Shown in pieces: positions 1 through 13,273 of a stretch of DNA of 64,000 nucleotides. The stretch covers positions 719,265 to 783,264 of the forward strand of contig NMRA01000027.1 in assembly GCA_002633005.1 (NCBI GenBank). Reading direction: 5' to 3'. Below the pieces are notes generated by a model. The model had not been told where the DNA came from. It saw nothing but the letters and a program-made list of their open reading frames with translations, and searched no databases. The DNA is from Phoronis australis. Taxonomy: Eukaryota; Animalia; Phoronida. The first letter of the stretch is position 1, and every line of letters begins with the position of its first letter. Both the position numbers and the translations under genes were made by a program.

Positions 1-250
1 GATTAATTTTTATGATGATTCCATTATGACGTCATGACAATCGCTGATATACACGCGAATGCGCAAAACAACGGGATCACGCGAAAACGAAAATCATTAT
101 TGCCATGCGAATTTAAACAATGACAGAAAGTTAGAAGATTAACTGGGAATATTGTCGAAACTGCTGCCTGTTTTATGTATAGGGAGATATGCATTGTTTG
201 GAGGAGTTCATCAAACTGGCAGGATCAACTAACGTAACTTCACAAATGGA

Positions 251-1195
251 ATGGAACATGGCTATGCTGAAATTCGCTATCACTGTAGAAGGGTTACAAA
301 GAAGGAGTTTTATGCTTGTGTGTCGTTCACTACAACCATTCTCTTGTTTGTCGCAACTGTTAATGACTTTGTATACTACTCACTCGCGGTTGAGAGACCT
401 GCTTATACCACTCAAAGCTTTACATTGGCACTTTTGGTATGTTTAAAATATTTTTCAGTTAACAAGTGGTTAGTTAAGAAGCGGTGGATATTACATGCGG
501 TCTATTCGCAACTTGTGCCTATAAGACATAGCCCTTAATATTTTGAGGACGCCCAGTCCATACACAGCTAGCAAGCTGGCTAAAATGGGGAGTAGGGTTA
601 TAACTTCTCGAAACTGAGGTAATAAAACACGTATAAACTACTTGACGATATGATTTTTTCTGCATCTGTCCATCTTCAGAAAGTCAGGACACCAAGAAAA
701 ACTGTGCAATGGCATCTCTTTACCTAGTAAAAGGAGACAATGCCAGGGTCGCTTTAGGGTCTAAGGTTAGATTTGCAGCAGCTGCATCATTTAGATTTAA
801 TAAAAACACAACGTCAATCACGAGCTTACGACACAGCCAGTGGGCATACGACCCTTTTTGGTAAAATTAGCCATGCTAAAAATGTTGATTGTCGTGAATA
901 TTGTGGTGATTGTAGTGACCATGTGTGGGGAACCAACAGGTCATACACTAATTCATTTCGTTTTCAGTTGCTCCATTTGTTGGCGTTCTACTGCGCACTG
1001 CTCTCCTATATGTACGCTACACAGGCAGGATACGAGGGCGTTTGGAAGCTGCCGGTAGGATACACTGTAGGTGCGTACGGTTGTTAAAAAAAAAATCAGA
1101 TTTGGTTCCACTATCATAGTGATTCAACTTGTGGAATTTTATTTTTACAGAAATACGTTCTTACCCACAGACCAGAACTAAAGTTAAACATGTAA
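251..1195 (+). CDS. Small spliced two-transmembrane protein (105 aa), weakly TMEM230/TMEM134-like; exons 251-436, 968-1054, 1151-1195
   Basis: Three phase-0 exons joined by canonical sites (TTG|gtatgt ... ttttcag|TTG; CCG|gtagga ... tttttacag|AAA) give MEHGYAEIRYHCRRVTKKEFYACVSFTTTILLFVATVNDFVYYSLAVERPAYTTQSFTLALL-LLHLLAFYCALLSYMYATQAGYEGVWKLP-KYVLTHRPELKLNM*. Two hydrophobic segments. FYxxxxxYxxxxxxGYxG recalls the TMEM230 C-terminus; the family call is inference. Confidence 0.55.
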
Positions 1196-1921
1196 AATAG
1201 CTGTGGATCTTTTTATCAAAAGTCGTGAACCTACAGCTACGACATTCGTAGTCACGTTACTGTGAAAATGATATAACGTTGATAACTCGGGTTTCCAAGT
1301 CACTCAGCCACGCAAAATGTACCTCAAACCTGTCTATGTCATGATGTACAATTAGTTAAATCCCTCCAAAGGAAACTGGTCATCAAGGGCATCGCCAAGT
1401 AAAAAACGACCACTGATTTTAATAGGGTTGATCTACCTTTCGGACAACCCGAATCAATCGCCCATGATATTTAGATCAAGGTACTTTTTTATGTATCCTA
1501 TGATCACAAAAATAAGGAACTCATTTGAGGCGAGCAAAGTGTCCCATAGTCACTTTTATTCTGCGACACTCTTTGAAATCCAGCACCACCTCCTTGATTG
1601 TTGGATTGAATACCACATTGAATTTAAGATGCTGTTATGGTAACCATGTTCTTTGACAGTTTGCTCTCCATCATAGCACCGTGTTGTGTGATTTTCGAAG
1701 CACCCGCCATCGCGCAAGAATTACTGAAATGCTTCCACTTTTATTTTTTGACTGTGGCGTGCAATGTCAAATACCCGGCTAGGGCTACGTGAAAAGTCGG
1801 AGCGGCAAATGCTAAGTATTTATCACCATTACGAAAAGGTTTTACAAACTTAAACTAACTTTCCCAGCTTGATTTAAGCCTATGTGCTCACCTCGTTTGC
1901 TTGCTTTCTCTAGTGATTCCA

Positions 1922-2203
1922 CCGTGGCGGATCTAGGATAACAGAAGGGGGGGGCAACACGTTGCCTCAGGGTATTGGGCAAAGCTCGATTGTTGCGGGG
2001 GCCAAGGATGTACACTTCCTGTTCGCAAAGTTTATCGGGAACACGGTTGTCTGCGATCTGAACCCCCCTCATCCGATACCGCTCCTGCTTCTTACTGCCC
2101 TCAATATTTCCTCACGTTTCGTGTTGAACTGCTCTTTCATTTCCTTGCGGCAGCCAAGGGGGGAGGAGGGGGGCCCCGTGCCTCCCCCCTAAATCCGCCT
2201 ATG
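1922..2203. mobile_element. MITE with GGCGGAT...ATCCGCC termini and 5-bp TSD
   Basis: CCGTGGCGGATCTAGG...AAATCCGCCTATG flanked by TTCCA/TTCCA. Confidence 0.7.
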
Positions 2204-2721
2204 TTCCATGGTGTTCGTTTTGCAAGTGTTTGGTTTTACGGAACGTTTACCAGACGGAACAGAAGCAATCACACGAAAACAAATGCTTGTCGTTTTGTTA
2301 TTTTCTAAAGGTCGATACAGCTTGTACTTTAAAGGCTAATAATGCAAACCATAAATCAGAAGAAAAGTGTGCTAGTGCTAACCAAATCAAATTCTCTTAG
2401 GTATTGGTATTCATGCAGCCATAAATGGTCTTTACTCGCAGCAACGAATCAAGTTGTCTGTTAGGTGAAAACGCTGAGTGAAGATGCAAATGGCGAAGTG
2501 ACAAGCCTGTTAAACGGGCAAGTGTGACTTACACTTTTAGCGAATTACAAGGTAACTGTGGGGAAAGACCACCCACCAACGGACCATAAAGTCTAATCTT
2601 AGACATAGAGACTATGCGGTTTTAGTTGATCCCTGCCTTTAACTTGGAAGATTGACGCCAAGGAGGAATTAGTTCATCTAAAACGGGCTTAGTATCCTTT
2701 TGAGGTTTGGTTTACTGACTA

Positions 2722-3120
2722 CAATTGTTCTTTCTCCTGACAACAGTTACATTGTCCTGCTCCTGCGAGTTCGCAATAAATTCGCGATCAACAGACAAAA
2801 ATCTTCCCAAAAGGCCGACGCATCCCATCATCTGTTTGACGGGTTACGTGAGTTAGTCATTGCCGATTTGTCACGGAATGTCACGGCACCAAAAACTCCA
2901 CAACATTTCGTAACCTTCCGTGATGAATCGGCAATTGCCGTTATTCAACCGTAACTCATCGTGTAATTCCGTACTTGACCTTAAACCGACTCACGTGACC
3001 CGTCTAACTTGTTGCGATGCATCGGCATTTCGGGAAGATTTTTGTGTTTTGATCGCGACTTTGTAATGAACTCGCTAAAGCAGGACGCTGCAAACCCCAT
3101 GAGGAGAAAGAATAATTGTT
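2722..3120. repeat. Long imperfect palindrome (fold-back MITE-like)
   Basis: Arms such as TCGCGATCAA..CAAAAATCTTCCCAAAAGGCCGACGCATC vs GATGCATCGGCATTTCGGGAAGATTTTTG..TTGATCGCGA; inner pair GGGTTACGTGAGT / ACTCACGTGACCC. Confidence 0.7.
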
Positions 3121-4151
3121 CGTGGTTAGTTTAGTCCCTCGTCTGTGTAAACTTATTGAGTGTTTGACATGGACAGCTGAAGTGAAGCACCGTGGAATTT
3201 CTAGTCCGGGTGTCAGACCTTTCGGTATTATATAGAGTATTGGGGACGATCAGGACAGAAGCTGAGGACGCTTGTGGGCCTGTTAAGGTGTTAACGTAAG
3301 ATTATTTTCATGTAAAATAAGTGGGAGACCGAACACTGTCGACTGTAATTCGTAGCCATCATGATTATACATCACAATAACGTGTGCTTATCAATTAACT
3401 TATTTTTAACGTGTGCTTATCATTAATTTATTTTACTCTCCTTCTCTTCCAGTGGCGAATTTCTTCCTGATTCTCGGTCGCTTCATTTTAGAGGTTGGTT
3501 ACGTGCGCTTCCGTCCTGAAATGTACATTGGTTTACCGGACTCCGCTAGGTAGCGTTCACCGTCGATAATAATGTCCATTGGTTTACCGGACTCCGCTAG
3601 ATAGCGAGCGCCGTCGATAATGATGTGTTTAATATGGTGACTTCTGCTGAATTTATCATTGTTGTTAATATGACAATGAGATGTAATTAATAATAATGAA
3701 AAGTTTCTTTACTAAAGGCAGGGGTGCATTATTTACACATATTGAGACAACAATGATCAAAACTGAACAGAACGACTGAGCAGAACCATGCGTAGAGCCT
3801 AATACCAATGCCAAATAACGAAGAAAAATTCCCCTAAGACCACATCGAGTAAAGAAAGAACCGATTCAAGAATCAGACTTTCAAGTTGTCTCGCGAGACT
3901 CTAACCAAAACGCATGGTTAGCAGAAAGTCCCTGGTTCGAGCCTCGTTCGGGACAAAAGATGTTTACTCGTGCGGGCTTAACATGATGTGACCAAGATAA
4001 GACGTGTAAGAGGACTCTGAATTCTTACTTATACTCTTATTAATAGTTACGTTCCAAAAATTACATAGGTTAGCTGTTAAAGTTTTCTGATTTTCGGGGT
4101 TTCAAAGAGATTTTTTCATTTAGAAGAGTGAGTTTTGGAAATGTCCACTGC

Positions 4152-5091
4152 CCATCTATTTTCTGTGCAAAATTAGTCAACAAACCCGTCAATTACGCTG
4201 GTCATTCTTCACACACACCGACCCGTGGCCCTGGCTCGACGCCAGCAATAATCTGGCCTCTGATATCTTTTCAGCTCCAGTCTTTACAGTCACGTTCAAC
4301 AACCTAACAAACTACATGTTGTGGGCTTTTCAACAAGACATGATTCTCGATGTTAAAATCATGCAACAATACTTTACGGAAAGAAGTGAAGTAATCATTT
4401 AAACATTTTTCACAGACTTAACGAGAGATTCAATCGGTTAATCAGCCAACACACTTTTCGAAAGCAATTTAGATTTTACGCTCAAAATCAATCAAAAGTA
4501 AGCACCAGTGTCGGTGTCTGGAGATAAGAAGCTGAAATCTATGTACCCTCGCGTGTATATACAGTCACGGTTATTCCTTCCTGAAACCACAGAGCTCTAG
4601 CCGCTCAAATCACTGGACCGGATGAATGGAATGCCAACTCCCACGAGTGACCCATGCATTTTTTGTGACCGCAAGATTTCACGTGACTGGCCGCGAGAGT
4701 TTGCAGTTTGAATTTCCGGTTGTCTGCTCGACTGAGCTTTGATCAAGTATTGCAGTTATAAAATCAAGACTAGTTTCATTGTCATTTTTGTTCATACAGA
4801 AATCACCAAGCGAGATTCTTGAGGTGCGGACTCATACAACCATCTATTTCTCTGCAAAATTAGTCATTAAACCCGTCAATTACGCTGGTCATTCTTCACA
4901 TGCACCGACTCGTGGCCCTGGCCCGATGCCATCAATAATCTGGCCTCTGATATCTTTTCAGCTCCAGTCTTTCCAGTCACGTTCAACAACCTAACAAACT
5001 ACATGTTTTAAAAGAGCTTTTCAACAAGACATTATGATTCTCGATGTTAAAATCATGCAACAACACTTTACGGAAAGTAGTGAAGTGATCA
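4152..5091. repeat. ~245-bp direct repeat pair (4152-4400 and 4840-5091)
   Basis: Both copies run CCATCTATTT..TGCAAAATTAGTCA..AAACCCGTCAATTACGCTGGTC ... TTTACGGAAAG.AGTGAAGT. Confidence 0.85.
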
Positions 5092-7469
5092 CTTAGTGTC
5101 CGAGTTTTTGTTCTGTAATTATAAATGAAAAATTTAGGATCTACTAACACGTATTTATTTGCATAGCTAAGCACGTGCGTGTGCGTGTGCGTGTGCATGC
5201 ATCTATTGTTACTGCTTTCTATTGTTTCTAGTATAATTAACTTGAGCAGTAATGTTACATGAAGTATTTACCTACACCCGCGAAATAAAATTTAAAAAGT
5301 GAATAATTTATTTTGTAAAAAATCCTCTCCAATAATATTACCGACAGCATATGCTGTACTTTCTAATATGTCTGTTTTACGTTTGAAAATTTTCCCTCCA
5401 CATAATCAAAATGTCCTGCTTTTTGACACACGGTGAAATTAACAAATTATCAATACTTCGTAATTTCAACCGCTATATAACCTTATTGTCCTGTTCGACA
5501 AAAAAGAAAAAAATGGGACGTTTTGTGTTTCTGCGGCACCCGAAATTTTCTATTCGACTTAAAAAATAGAAAAACACCATCGGTCGGTTTTGGATGTCAC
5601 GGCTCCCGTTCGACAAAAACCCTGTCGGGACGTTATTTGTGGTTGCAGCGAACATTTCACCCTTGCGTTTTGGCATAGACAGACCCAGATGTACCGCTTT
5701 TTATGCCGATGTCCCGCTTTTCAACCCAGTTGTCACGTTTTTTCATTCTCTAGTAATTTGATTTGCTCCTAGTCGTCACATTCACCCCCCGGCCTTACAG
5801 TTCTTCATGTCTAACGGCGGTTGCTACAATTTCCGAGCCATCCCCCTACCCGGAAGCCACAGTCCACAATTTTCACCCGACGAGGCCCGCCTCCCAGACG
5901 GGCTCCTATTTTGTTTGGGTCATGAGATTGTCTAAGTAACTACTATGACTGAAAAAAGCTCTTTGTAATGCAGGACACAAAAAGGGTGTGACTGTGCTAC
6001 TTTTCAACTTATTGGGGGCAAAAATTGACCCTTGCACGCCAACCCGGCTCTGCAGCAACGCCGCGGGATCATTTTGTTTTAACTGACGGTGACGAATTAT
6101 GTTGGAACGTGCCGTGACCCTGGAAGTGTGTATAGGCTAATACTTCGCGCAGTGGGCAGTAATGAACGCCCTATTGAGCAGTGGATGAAGTGGGCACGTT
6201 GTGACACGCAGAGTAAAGGAAAACGCCGCCGAGTGCACAAGACACATGGGTAGCGCACCAAAGGGGACTCGGGGGAGGGGGGCCTCTTATTTCAGCGGCT
6301 GCGCCGGCCATGACTGACACTCCCTGGCACCGGTATATGCGCTGCGAGCTATCGCGCATAGGGCCTACACGAGAACAGGTGATTGAAAGAAAGGCAGTGC
6401 AAAGAGCACGCTGCAGAAGTAAATTGAGATCTTGTCGGTAGAGAGTGTGCGCTTAGGGGATGAGAAAAAATTAACAAGTCTACAGTAACCCGTATTCCCA
6501 GGCGGCTACCCGTAGAAACGCCTGTGGGGTGTACTTGACCGCCTTGAGAACATTTGCCAAGTTGGAACAGGGGTCGCTGCAACAGTCAACAGCACCCAGC
6601 GATGACACAGCAAGGTTATCACCAACCGCCCGAGCACGTACACGCCAGGCCCGACCGTCGTTGTTTAATCGGAGATCGTGCTTTCAACGTGACAAAGGGA
6701 TCTGAATAAATTGTCTACGAAGGAAAAGTTTGGTTGATGCCGGTCGCGGACAGTCGCCTCCGACACTGACTGGCGCGCCGGTGTGTGTACGCATGTTTGT
6801 GTGTGTGTGTGTGTGGGGTGGGGGTGGGGGTAGAGTGGCCACCAAAGTTTGTAAAGGACTTTCCTAAATCACTATAAAACAATTCCCGTGGCTGCTTTTT
6901 GATTGGATCGTTCTCCAATTTGGCCGGCACCCGGAATCCGGGTGCTGGAGACTGTGACGTGTCATTCAAATATACATGGGTTTTTAACGACAGATTCCTA
7001 CAGTTGGGAAAGGGTTCCTTTCCGCGACTTCATTCCCTGAGAAAAGATTTACCCCTACGTTGTGGGTAGTTGACGAAACACGACACAACATGCAGCTCTG
7101 TTTTTCAGCATCAACAATAAATAATACCCTGCATATTGTTTTCATACTCCACAAGTTTCAGGGTTTGAAAGAGCAAAAGTTTCGAAAGCCAGTTGTCAAA
7201 TGATGGTTAAATAATTAAGGCCTGTGTGGGGCTTAACCCCTGCCTTCAAAAGGAAATTGTGGCGGGAACCAAACTTACCACGTGACTTTTCATAGAGGCG
7301 GCTTCATGAACTGCATCAACCATCTTGTTTATTCATTTATCTTAATTTCATTGACGGCTTTCTTGCAACCATTCAATAAATAAACACGATTAAGCCAAAA
7401 GCATGGTTCCGGTCTCTGGATTGTGAAAATCGAGTGGGTGGCGTGGTGTTTTTTTTTAGTTTTCCCTCG

Positions 7470-8775
7470 GAGAAACCAGCTTGCAAAATTTCATAAGATC
7501 CCCTCCGTAGGAGCTTTGAAGACACAGAGGCAATAAGGTACAACGGTAGTGGATCCATCTGAAAGAAGTTGTCATTTGTTACCATGCTCATATTCTACAA
7601 AGGCTAAGATACAAAAAATGCCACTAAGAGGCATCAAAGTTGTCAGACTCGTCCAAAAATCAGCGTCATTCGTGCTGATGTCAACATGAAAGCATATGAC
7701 AATTTTCTGAATCTTTGCTCATTTTGGAGGACATAGAGGCTGATGACAAAGCAAACTCGATGATAAAAATGACTACAATTAGTGACTCAGGATATATCAA
7801 ATATACCCCAAAATAAAAAGGTGTTGTCGTTTACTTAACAGAAACCCCATTGCCACATTCGTGAAAGTCTGTCAAGGACCTCCAAAGATAGAGGTAAACG
7901 TAAAAAAATCGAAATTGCCACCAAAGACACAGCGTTAGTTTGGCCCGTGCAAAAGTCGTCGTCATACGGTCAGCTGGTGTGGCATTCATAAAAACACAAT
8001 TGCCAAAATTTAACAAAGACGCTGTAAGGAAGGATCTAGGGAGATACAAGTGAGGACGCAAAAACCACTGTTGTCAGACTCGTCCGAAACTCAACGTCAG
8101 CTGTGGTCTTCTCAGCAGGAACACATCTGCCAATTTTCATAATGATTCTTGGAGCGGTTTGATAGGAAGAGGACCCGGACACCTAAAATCTCCCAAAGAA
8201 TGAAAATAACCACCAGGTGGTGTAAAATACCTCGAATCCATCCAAAAATAGAAATACCTTGAAAATCTGTTAAGGAACTCTGGATATAAAGAGGTGAACG
8301 TATAAAATTGCCATTCGAAGATACGCTCATTACCCATTAACTTCCAAAAGCCATCGTTATCCGTTGTCACATACATAAGAAAACACTTCCAAATTTCTCA
8401 AAGATCCTTCAATGGGTAAAGGAGACACAACCGTGGATGCAAAACACATGCCACCGCTGAGGGGCCACATTCACGGTAGTCAGGTTCGCCCAAAAATCAA
8501 CGCCAGCACTTGTCTTCTTGGTAGGAACAGAACTGTCACGTTTCATGACCCTTCAAGCAGATTCTAAAACAGTAAAATGGGAGTGGCACAAAATTCATCA
8601 AATCCGTCTGTTGAAAATGGAAAGGTGTCGTTGTCTCATCAAATCTGTCAGGGAACTACGGATATAGAGACAAATGTAGGAACACTTAAATTGCTACTAG
8701 GTAGTCACTTCGGTCCGACTAAACTCTGTTACCTGTCGCCATCTTGATAGAAACACACTTGCCAAATATCATTAC
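7470..8775. repeat. Diverged tandem-repeat element (Helentron/HINE-like family); related copy 20533-21830
   Basis: Recurring CAAATTTCAT..AGATCC...GATACAGAGGCA..AAATTGCCACTAG units in both regions; the 20533 copy starts AAACAAGAG. Confidence 0.55.
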
Positions 8776-10545
8776 CGGAATTTTTTTGCAGTAAGCCCAC
8801 CCGATGAAACGTGTTTATTCGGAAAAGTATGCCGCATAAACGTCCATGGGTGTTTAATTGGTGTTACAACTAATTCTGGTGTCAAGTGCCCAAATAGTGA
8901 GGCGTTTATTTGGAAAATGTCCTCTAGTTAAAAGCCCACTTAACTTCAACTTTTATCCACAAATTCAGTTTTTTGAAGCATCTATCATTTATAAAAACAA
9001 GCAAAGTGTTGGCGAATTATCCCTGATATTTTCAGATCAGTCAAGGCCATGTCTTTTCTTTTACACGCCCCTCTTTCCAAATAAACGCCTGGACGTTTAT
9101 TTGGTGTTACTGAAATGCCTGAAAATTTCTATTTTCGAATACACGCCCATGGGGTTATCTACTGAAAACCCCGGTAAAATGAGATCCCGCAAGGGGTTTG
9201 GAAATACACCAACGGACGCCGGGCGCCCTGACACAGACTGGCACATAAAAGAGACCCAAGGCACCTGCCTAAAACGAGCACTGACGTGGACATTATTTTT
9301 TACTCATCACTTAGCAAATCGTGGTATTTCAAACTTTGTTAATTCTTTACGTTTCTTTGTGGAGCTTTTCAAGCCAACACACGAAACCTTGTCAGTCTCA
9401 AAACAGGGTTGGGTTAAATTGAAGACCACACCAATCCTGTTTTTTTACCTTACACGATGCGTAGGAAGTATAATTAAACCCTATTTGCAATGTGAACGAA
9501 TTAAAGGAAATAAGACCTCTAATGAGACATGAGGGCCGGGCGTCAGTTAAAAGTCACGACTGAGGTAGGACAAGTGGATAAGTATACCCCCAGCCGGCGA
9601 TCAGTACTGACGGGATTGCCTAAATATTGTAATTATTGGTGCAATTGTACCGAACTTACTTTAAAATCCTGCTATTATCAACGAGGTCGGTACTTAACAA
9701 GCCGACTCTCTGAAAAAGGTGTTTATGCAACTGAGTTCCTCAGCATCACACCGTGGACTACAAGAAATAGATATATTACTGAGGTAGCAGCGGGTAATGA
9801 GATTCCTGTAGCTCATTTGCAGCGTGTGCCTGACTTCCTTTTAAAAGTGCGGAAGCGACACCTATTGGCGTTGTTATGTAAGCGTTTACATAACTGCAGA
9901 CCGTACAGTATATTAGCAATGAGATTTGAGAATCCTTTCATAACTCCAGTCAGAGTAAGAAAGCCACGCAGGGGTGTCCTAGACGGTTCGTCACGTCTTA
10001 ACGCGTTCAATAAAAAGGTGAGTACACAGCTACCACATTCTGATGATACTTTGATAGTTAGAACCGCATTGTGTCGAACTATAGCTGGTTAGCACTAGCG
10101 GCCAAGTCCCGCTCGACCCACAGCTTATGATTTGTCCGCTAAGCGAATGACTAAAATGTAGCACAATGATTTGTCCGACATAACAACTCGACGTGTCACG
10201 GTAGACCTAATTAAGCATCTAAAAAGTCATCCACTCGGTAGTAAACTGAGTTAAGGAGTCACGGTTGCGTCAATTTTCCTGGCCAGACTTACTATAGTAG
10301 GTTCTTTGTGGCGACATTTATTAGAAAATTGAACATGCATGTGTCGACCGACACAAACCCGGCGGCTGCCCCTCAAGGACCACGTTCACAGTTAATCAGT
10401 GTACCATTCAGATATTGACCACTCCGTACTGAATTTCTCATTGCTATTTCTATTCCAGATTTCAATCGAATTACTCAGCGTAACTTGAACACTTCACACG
10501 ATTGCTTCCCGCCTCCTTGGCAAAAGACTGGTTCACAACAGTCAG

Positions 10546-13089
10546 ATGGAAACCATTCGCAATATAGGCAAGGCTGTTGGGCAAACACTGTTTGGGACTG
10601 GCCTTGAAAAACCTGTCTTTGAATTGGACAATAAATCAAAAGATGTGAGTTCTTACCGTCCAGATCATTGAGTATAACTGCTGTTCTGCATTCCGCTGTC
10701 AGTGCAGGAATTACTCTGACCGACCGTTCTAGGTTTCAGTAGCATCCGAGACTATACCGATCGGGCGGGTATTTTGCTTATCTGAGATGTGAGTGCATGA
10801 GCATTGTGGCTTTGTGGTATCCAAAGTTCACAGGTGACCTTTGTCTGGTGGTCTACATGTAAAGTTGCTAGTGCCTGTCCACATATGGAGCAGTCACTGC
10901 TTCGTAACCCGATTAAGTGACGCGATACCCGAATTCTCTTTACTTTTTTTCTGCGCCGAGTCACATATCACCTTTTTCCTTCCGAGCTTCCCCGGGTCTC
11001 ATGAGTTCTTTTTCTTTCACACTACAGGAACCATATGAAGTTCGGCACTATTCAGCTGCTCGGTGGGTCAGTACGGACGTGATTGCCATGGAACATCGAG
11101 ACGCCGGGCGCATAGGATTCAGGAAGCTGTTCAACTATATACAAGGCAAAAATGAAACAGGTAAAACAATGCATGCTCTTATGCATTTGCCTTAGTTGAA
11201 GAAGTGAACCACACCACCTAATGTTCAGTACGTATCCCAAGATCATTACGTAGATGCTCGATGGTCTCAGCAGTATACTATGAATTATGGATAGTTATTG
11301 AGATAAAAGAAGCCTACGGACAAGTTAAAAGACCGTAGGTATTTGGGGAAAAGGCTTGTGTATGCGAGTACCTTACCAAAGTTCTTGTGCAATGTCATTC
11401 ACAGCTGTACCTGTAGTTGAATGTCCCCGCTGCAAACAATTTGAATCGATTGGCTCGTCTCTCAGTACTCCCTTGACGTCTTTCAGTTTGACACCGTATG
11501 TGAATTTAGGATGGGGGATTTACTTGTTTGATCAAGTTGCAGCAGTGCAGGGAGCGTGTTGTCGTTTAGTATACACGTTAACATGAATTAATGTCTGTAA
11601 AGTAAACAGGTTTTTCGCATGTTGACGTCACCTTGATATTTAGCTCGAGACTTTTCGCCATCCTCAAAATAAAATCCCAGTTCCGCCCAGAGTGTTGTTG
11701 TAGTAAAATTTCATTTACTTATTGTCGTGGCAGGAACTAAAGTCGACATGACAGCGCCAGTGACAGTGAAGGTGCTACCAGGGGAAGGCCCAAACTGCGA
11801 GAATACATTCAAAGTATCTTTCTACGTGCCCCAAATACACCAAGAGAAACCGCCTCTACCTTCCAATCCAGAAGTCTACATATCAGATGAACCAGCAAAG
11901 ACTGTTTTTGTGAGGTAAGATTTGTTGTGAAGGAAGAAATAGGGTTATACAAAGTGTAAAGAAGTATGTTGGTGACGTCAAAGTTCGAAAACAATCGGTT
12001 CGAAGACCTAGGGTGAGGTACCGTATTTCACGCGGTCAACTTCGATGAAATAAAAGATGCTTTCATTAAATAAGATTGCTTCAATTCCTCTAAGTTGAAG
12101 ACGCTGAAGAGTTTGTCAGAATAAGTATTGATCATAAAGCTGTGGGAACATTCATGTACTTTAAATTGTGGGGTCAATCAAACTTGTTTACTGAAAAAGC
12201 TATTAACGACAGAGCTTGCCTTTAGTTACTGTTTTAGGGGCGGATCCGGGATTTTGAGTTGGGGGGGGCAGGACAGAGTATTAGCCAGGATTTTTCCCGT
12301 CAGACATTCGCACCCCCGAACTGCCAAATATAATCTGGGAGAATTTTAGGGGGGCATGGCCCCCCTCTAAATCCGCCACTGTGTTTATTTTTTCTTTATT
12401 TTGACAGCCACAGGTCAAACGGACACTGTTAACTATGTCGGAAATTTAGAACACGCCATCATCTGCAGGCTTAAATATAACCTTTCTCCTTCTTTACATT
12501 TAAAAACTTCCAAAAAGGGAATTATACAGCTAAGCAATCTAGTTGCAACTTCTAAGTAAATGATGCACTTTCAACAAGTAATCAAATACCATGATCAAAG
12601 TAATCTGAATTAAATACGGAATTTTCAACACTGAACTTCATACGTACGAAGTGTTAGTATTTTAATGGATATGTTGGTTAACGAAACACTTCCTGTTTTC
12701 TAAACTTGTAGTGAAAGTTGAGGAAAAAATGCTTTTAACCAGTCCTTTGTATTAGTGTGCAGACACATGAGCCCACGGTGTGACAACCTACCTGGGTATC
12801 GTTGACAACGAGACCTTTGGTTTATGTTGAGTAGTAGGTGAATACCATATAAACTGTCATTCTGTCACCTACTCTAAGAAATCATGAACACAAAATGCAT
12901 GTTTTCAGATCGTTTGATGGCTTTGCCAGTGATGAACAGTGGATTAAAGAGGCCCAAAATCTGCTGAAGTCCTTGGAAGGGAAGGAACGTAGGGTAGATA
13001 CGTCATACTTCTATACGGCAGGATATGACAGTCCGTTTAAGATGGTCAACAGGCACAACGAAGTGTGGTTTGTCCAACAAACGGACTAA
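10546..13089 (+). CDS. HEBP2: SOUL/heme-binding protein 2-like; exons 10546-10644, 11028-11160, 11734-11914, 12909-13089 (594 nt, 197 aa)
   Basis: Motifs GLEKPVF, YEVRHYSAARWVST, GFRKLFNYIQGKNE, KVDMTAPV, FKVSFYVP..HQ..PPLPSNPEVYI, VFVRSFDGF, YTAGYDSPFKMVNRHNEVW are typical of the SOUL family. All introns are GT-AG with matching phases (0,1,2). An acceptor at 10457-10458 implies an upstream 5'UTR exon. Confidence 0.93.
12235..12381. mobile_element. MITE (CAGGGGCGGAT...ATCCGCCACTG family) in HEBP2 intron 3
   Basis: TIRs, exact TSD TGTTT; homologous to 43651-43809 and (inverted) 63164-63305. Confidence 0.8.
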
Positions 13090-13197
13090 CAAGGGCACGA
13101 AATGAGAGGAAGTGCTAACATATGAAGTTTTCTGTTGAAAGTCATGACGATGTGGTACACTTGTCTACGCAGCTTAAAAGTTACCGTGCTCCGCAAG

Positions 13198-13273
13198 TTG
13201 AACAGAGTTGAGCGAGAACATAGATGTCAGCACTTGAACAGAGTAGAGCGAGAACATAGATGTCAGCACTTGT
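13198..13273. repeat. 36-bp tandem duplication just downstream of the HEBP2 stop (probable 3'UTR)
   Basis: TTGAACAGAGT(T/A)GAGCGAGAACATAGATGTCAGCAC x2. Confidence 0.85.

Noticed and set aside
3453-3493. Candidate non-coding 5'UTR exon of HEBP2 (strong polypyrimidine acceptor, GTTGGT donor)
   Set aside because: Cannot be linked to the gene without transcript data.
3913-3960. tRNA/SINE-like B box GGTTCGAGCC
   Set aside because: No complete cloverleaf or convincing A box; at most a SINE fragment.
8858-10092. Two long adjacent ORFs (224 and 187 aa)
   Set aside because: No recognisable motifs, TTG start for the first, and overlap with palindromic repeat sequence; likely chance ORFs.
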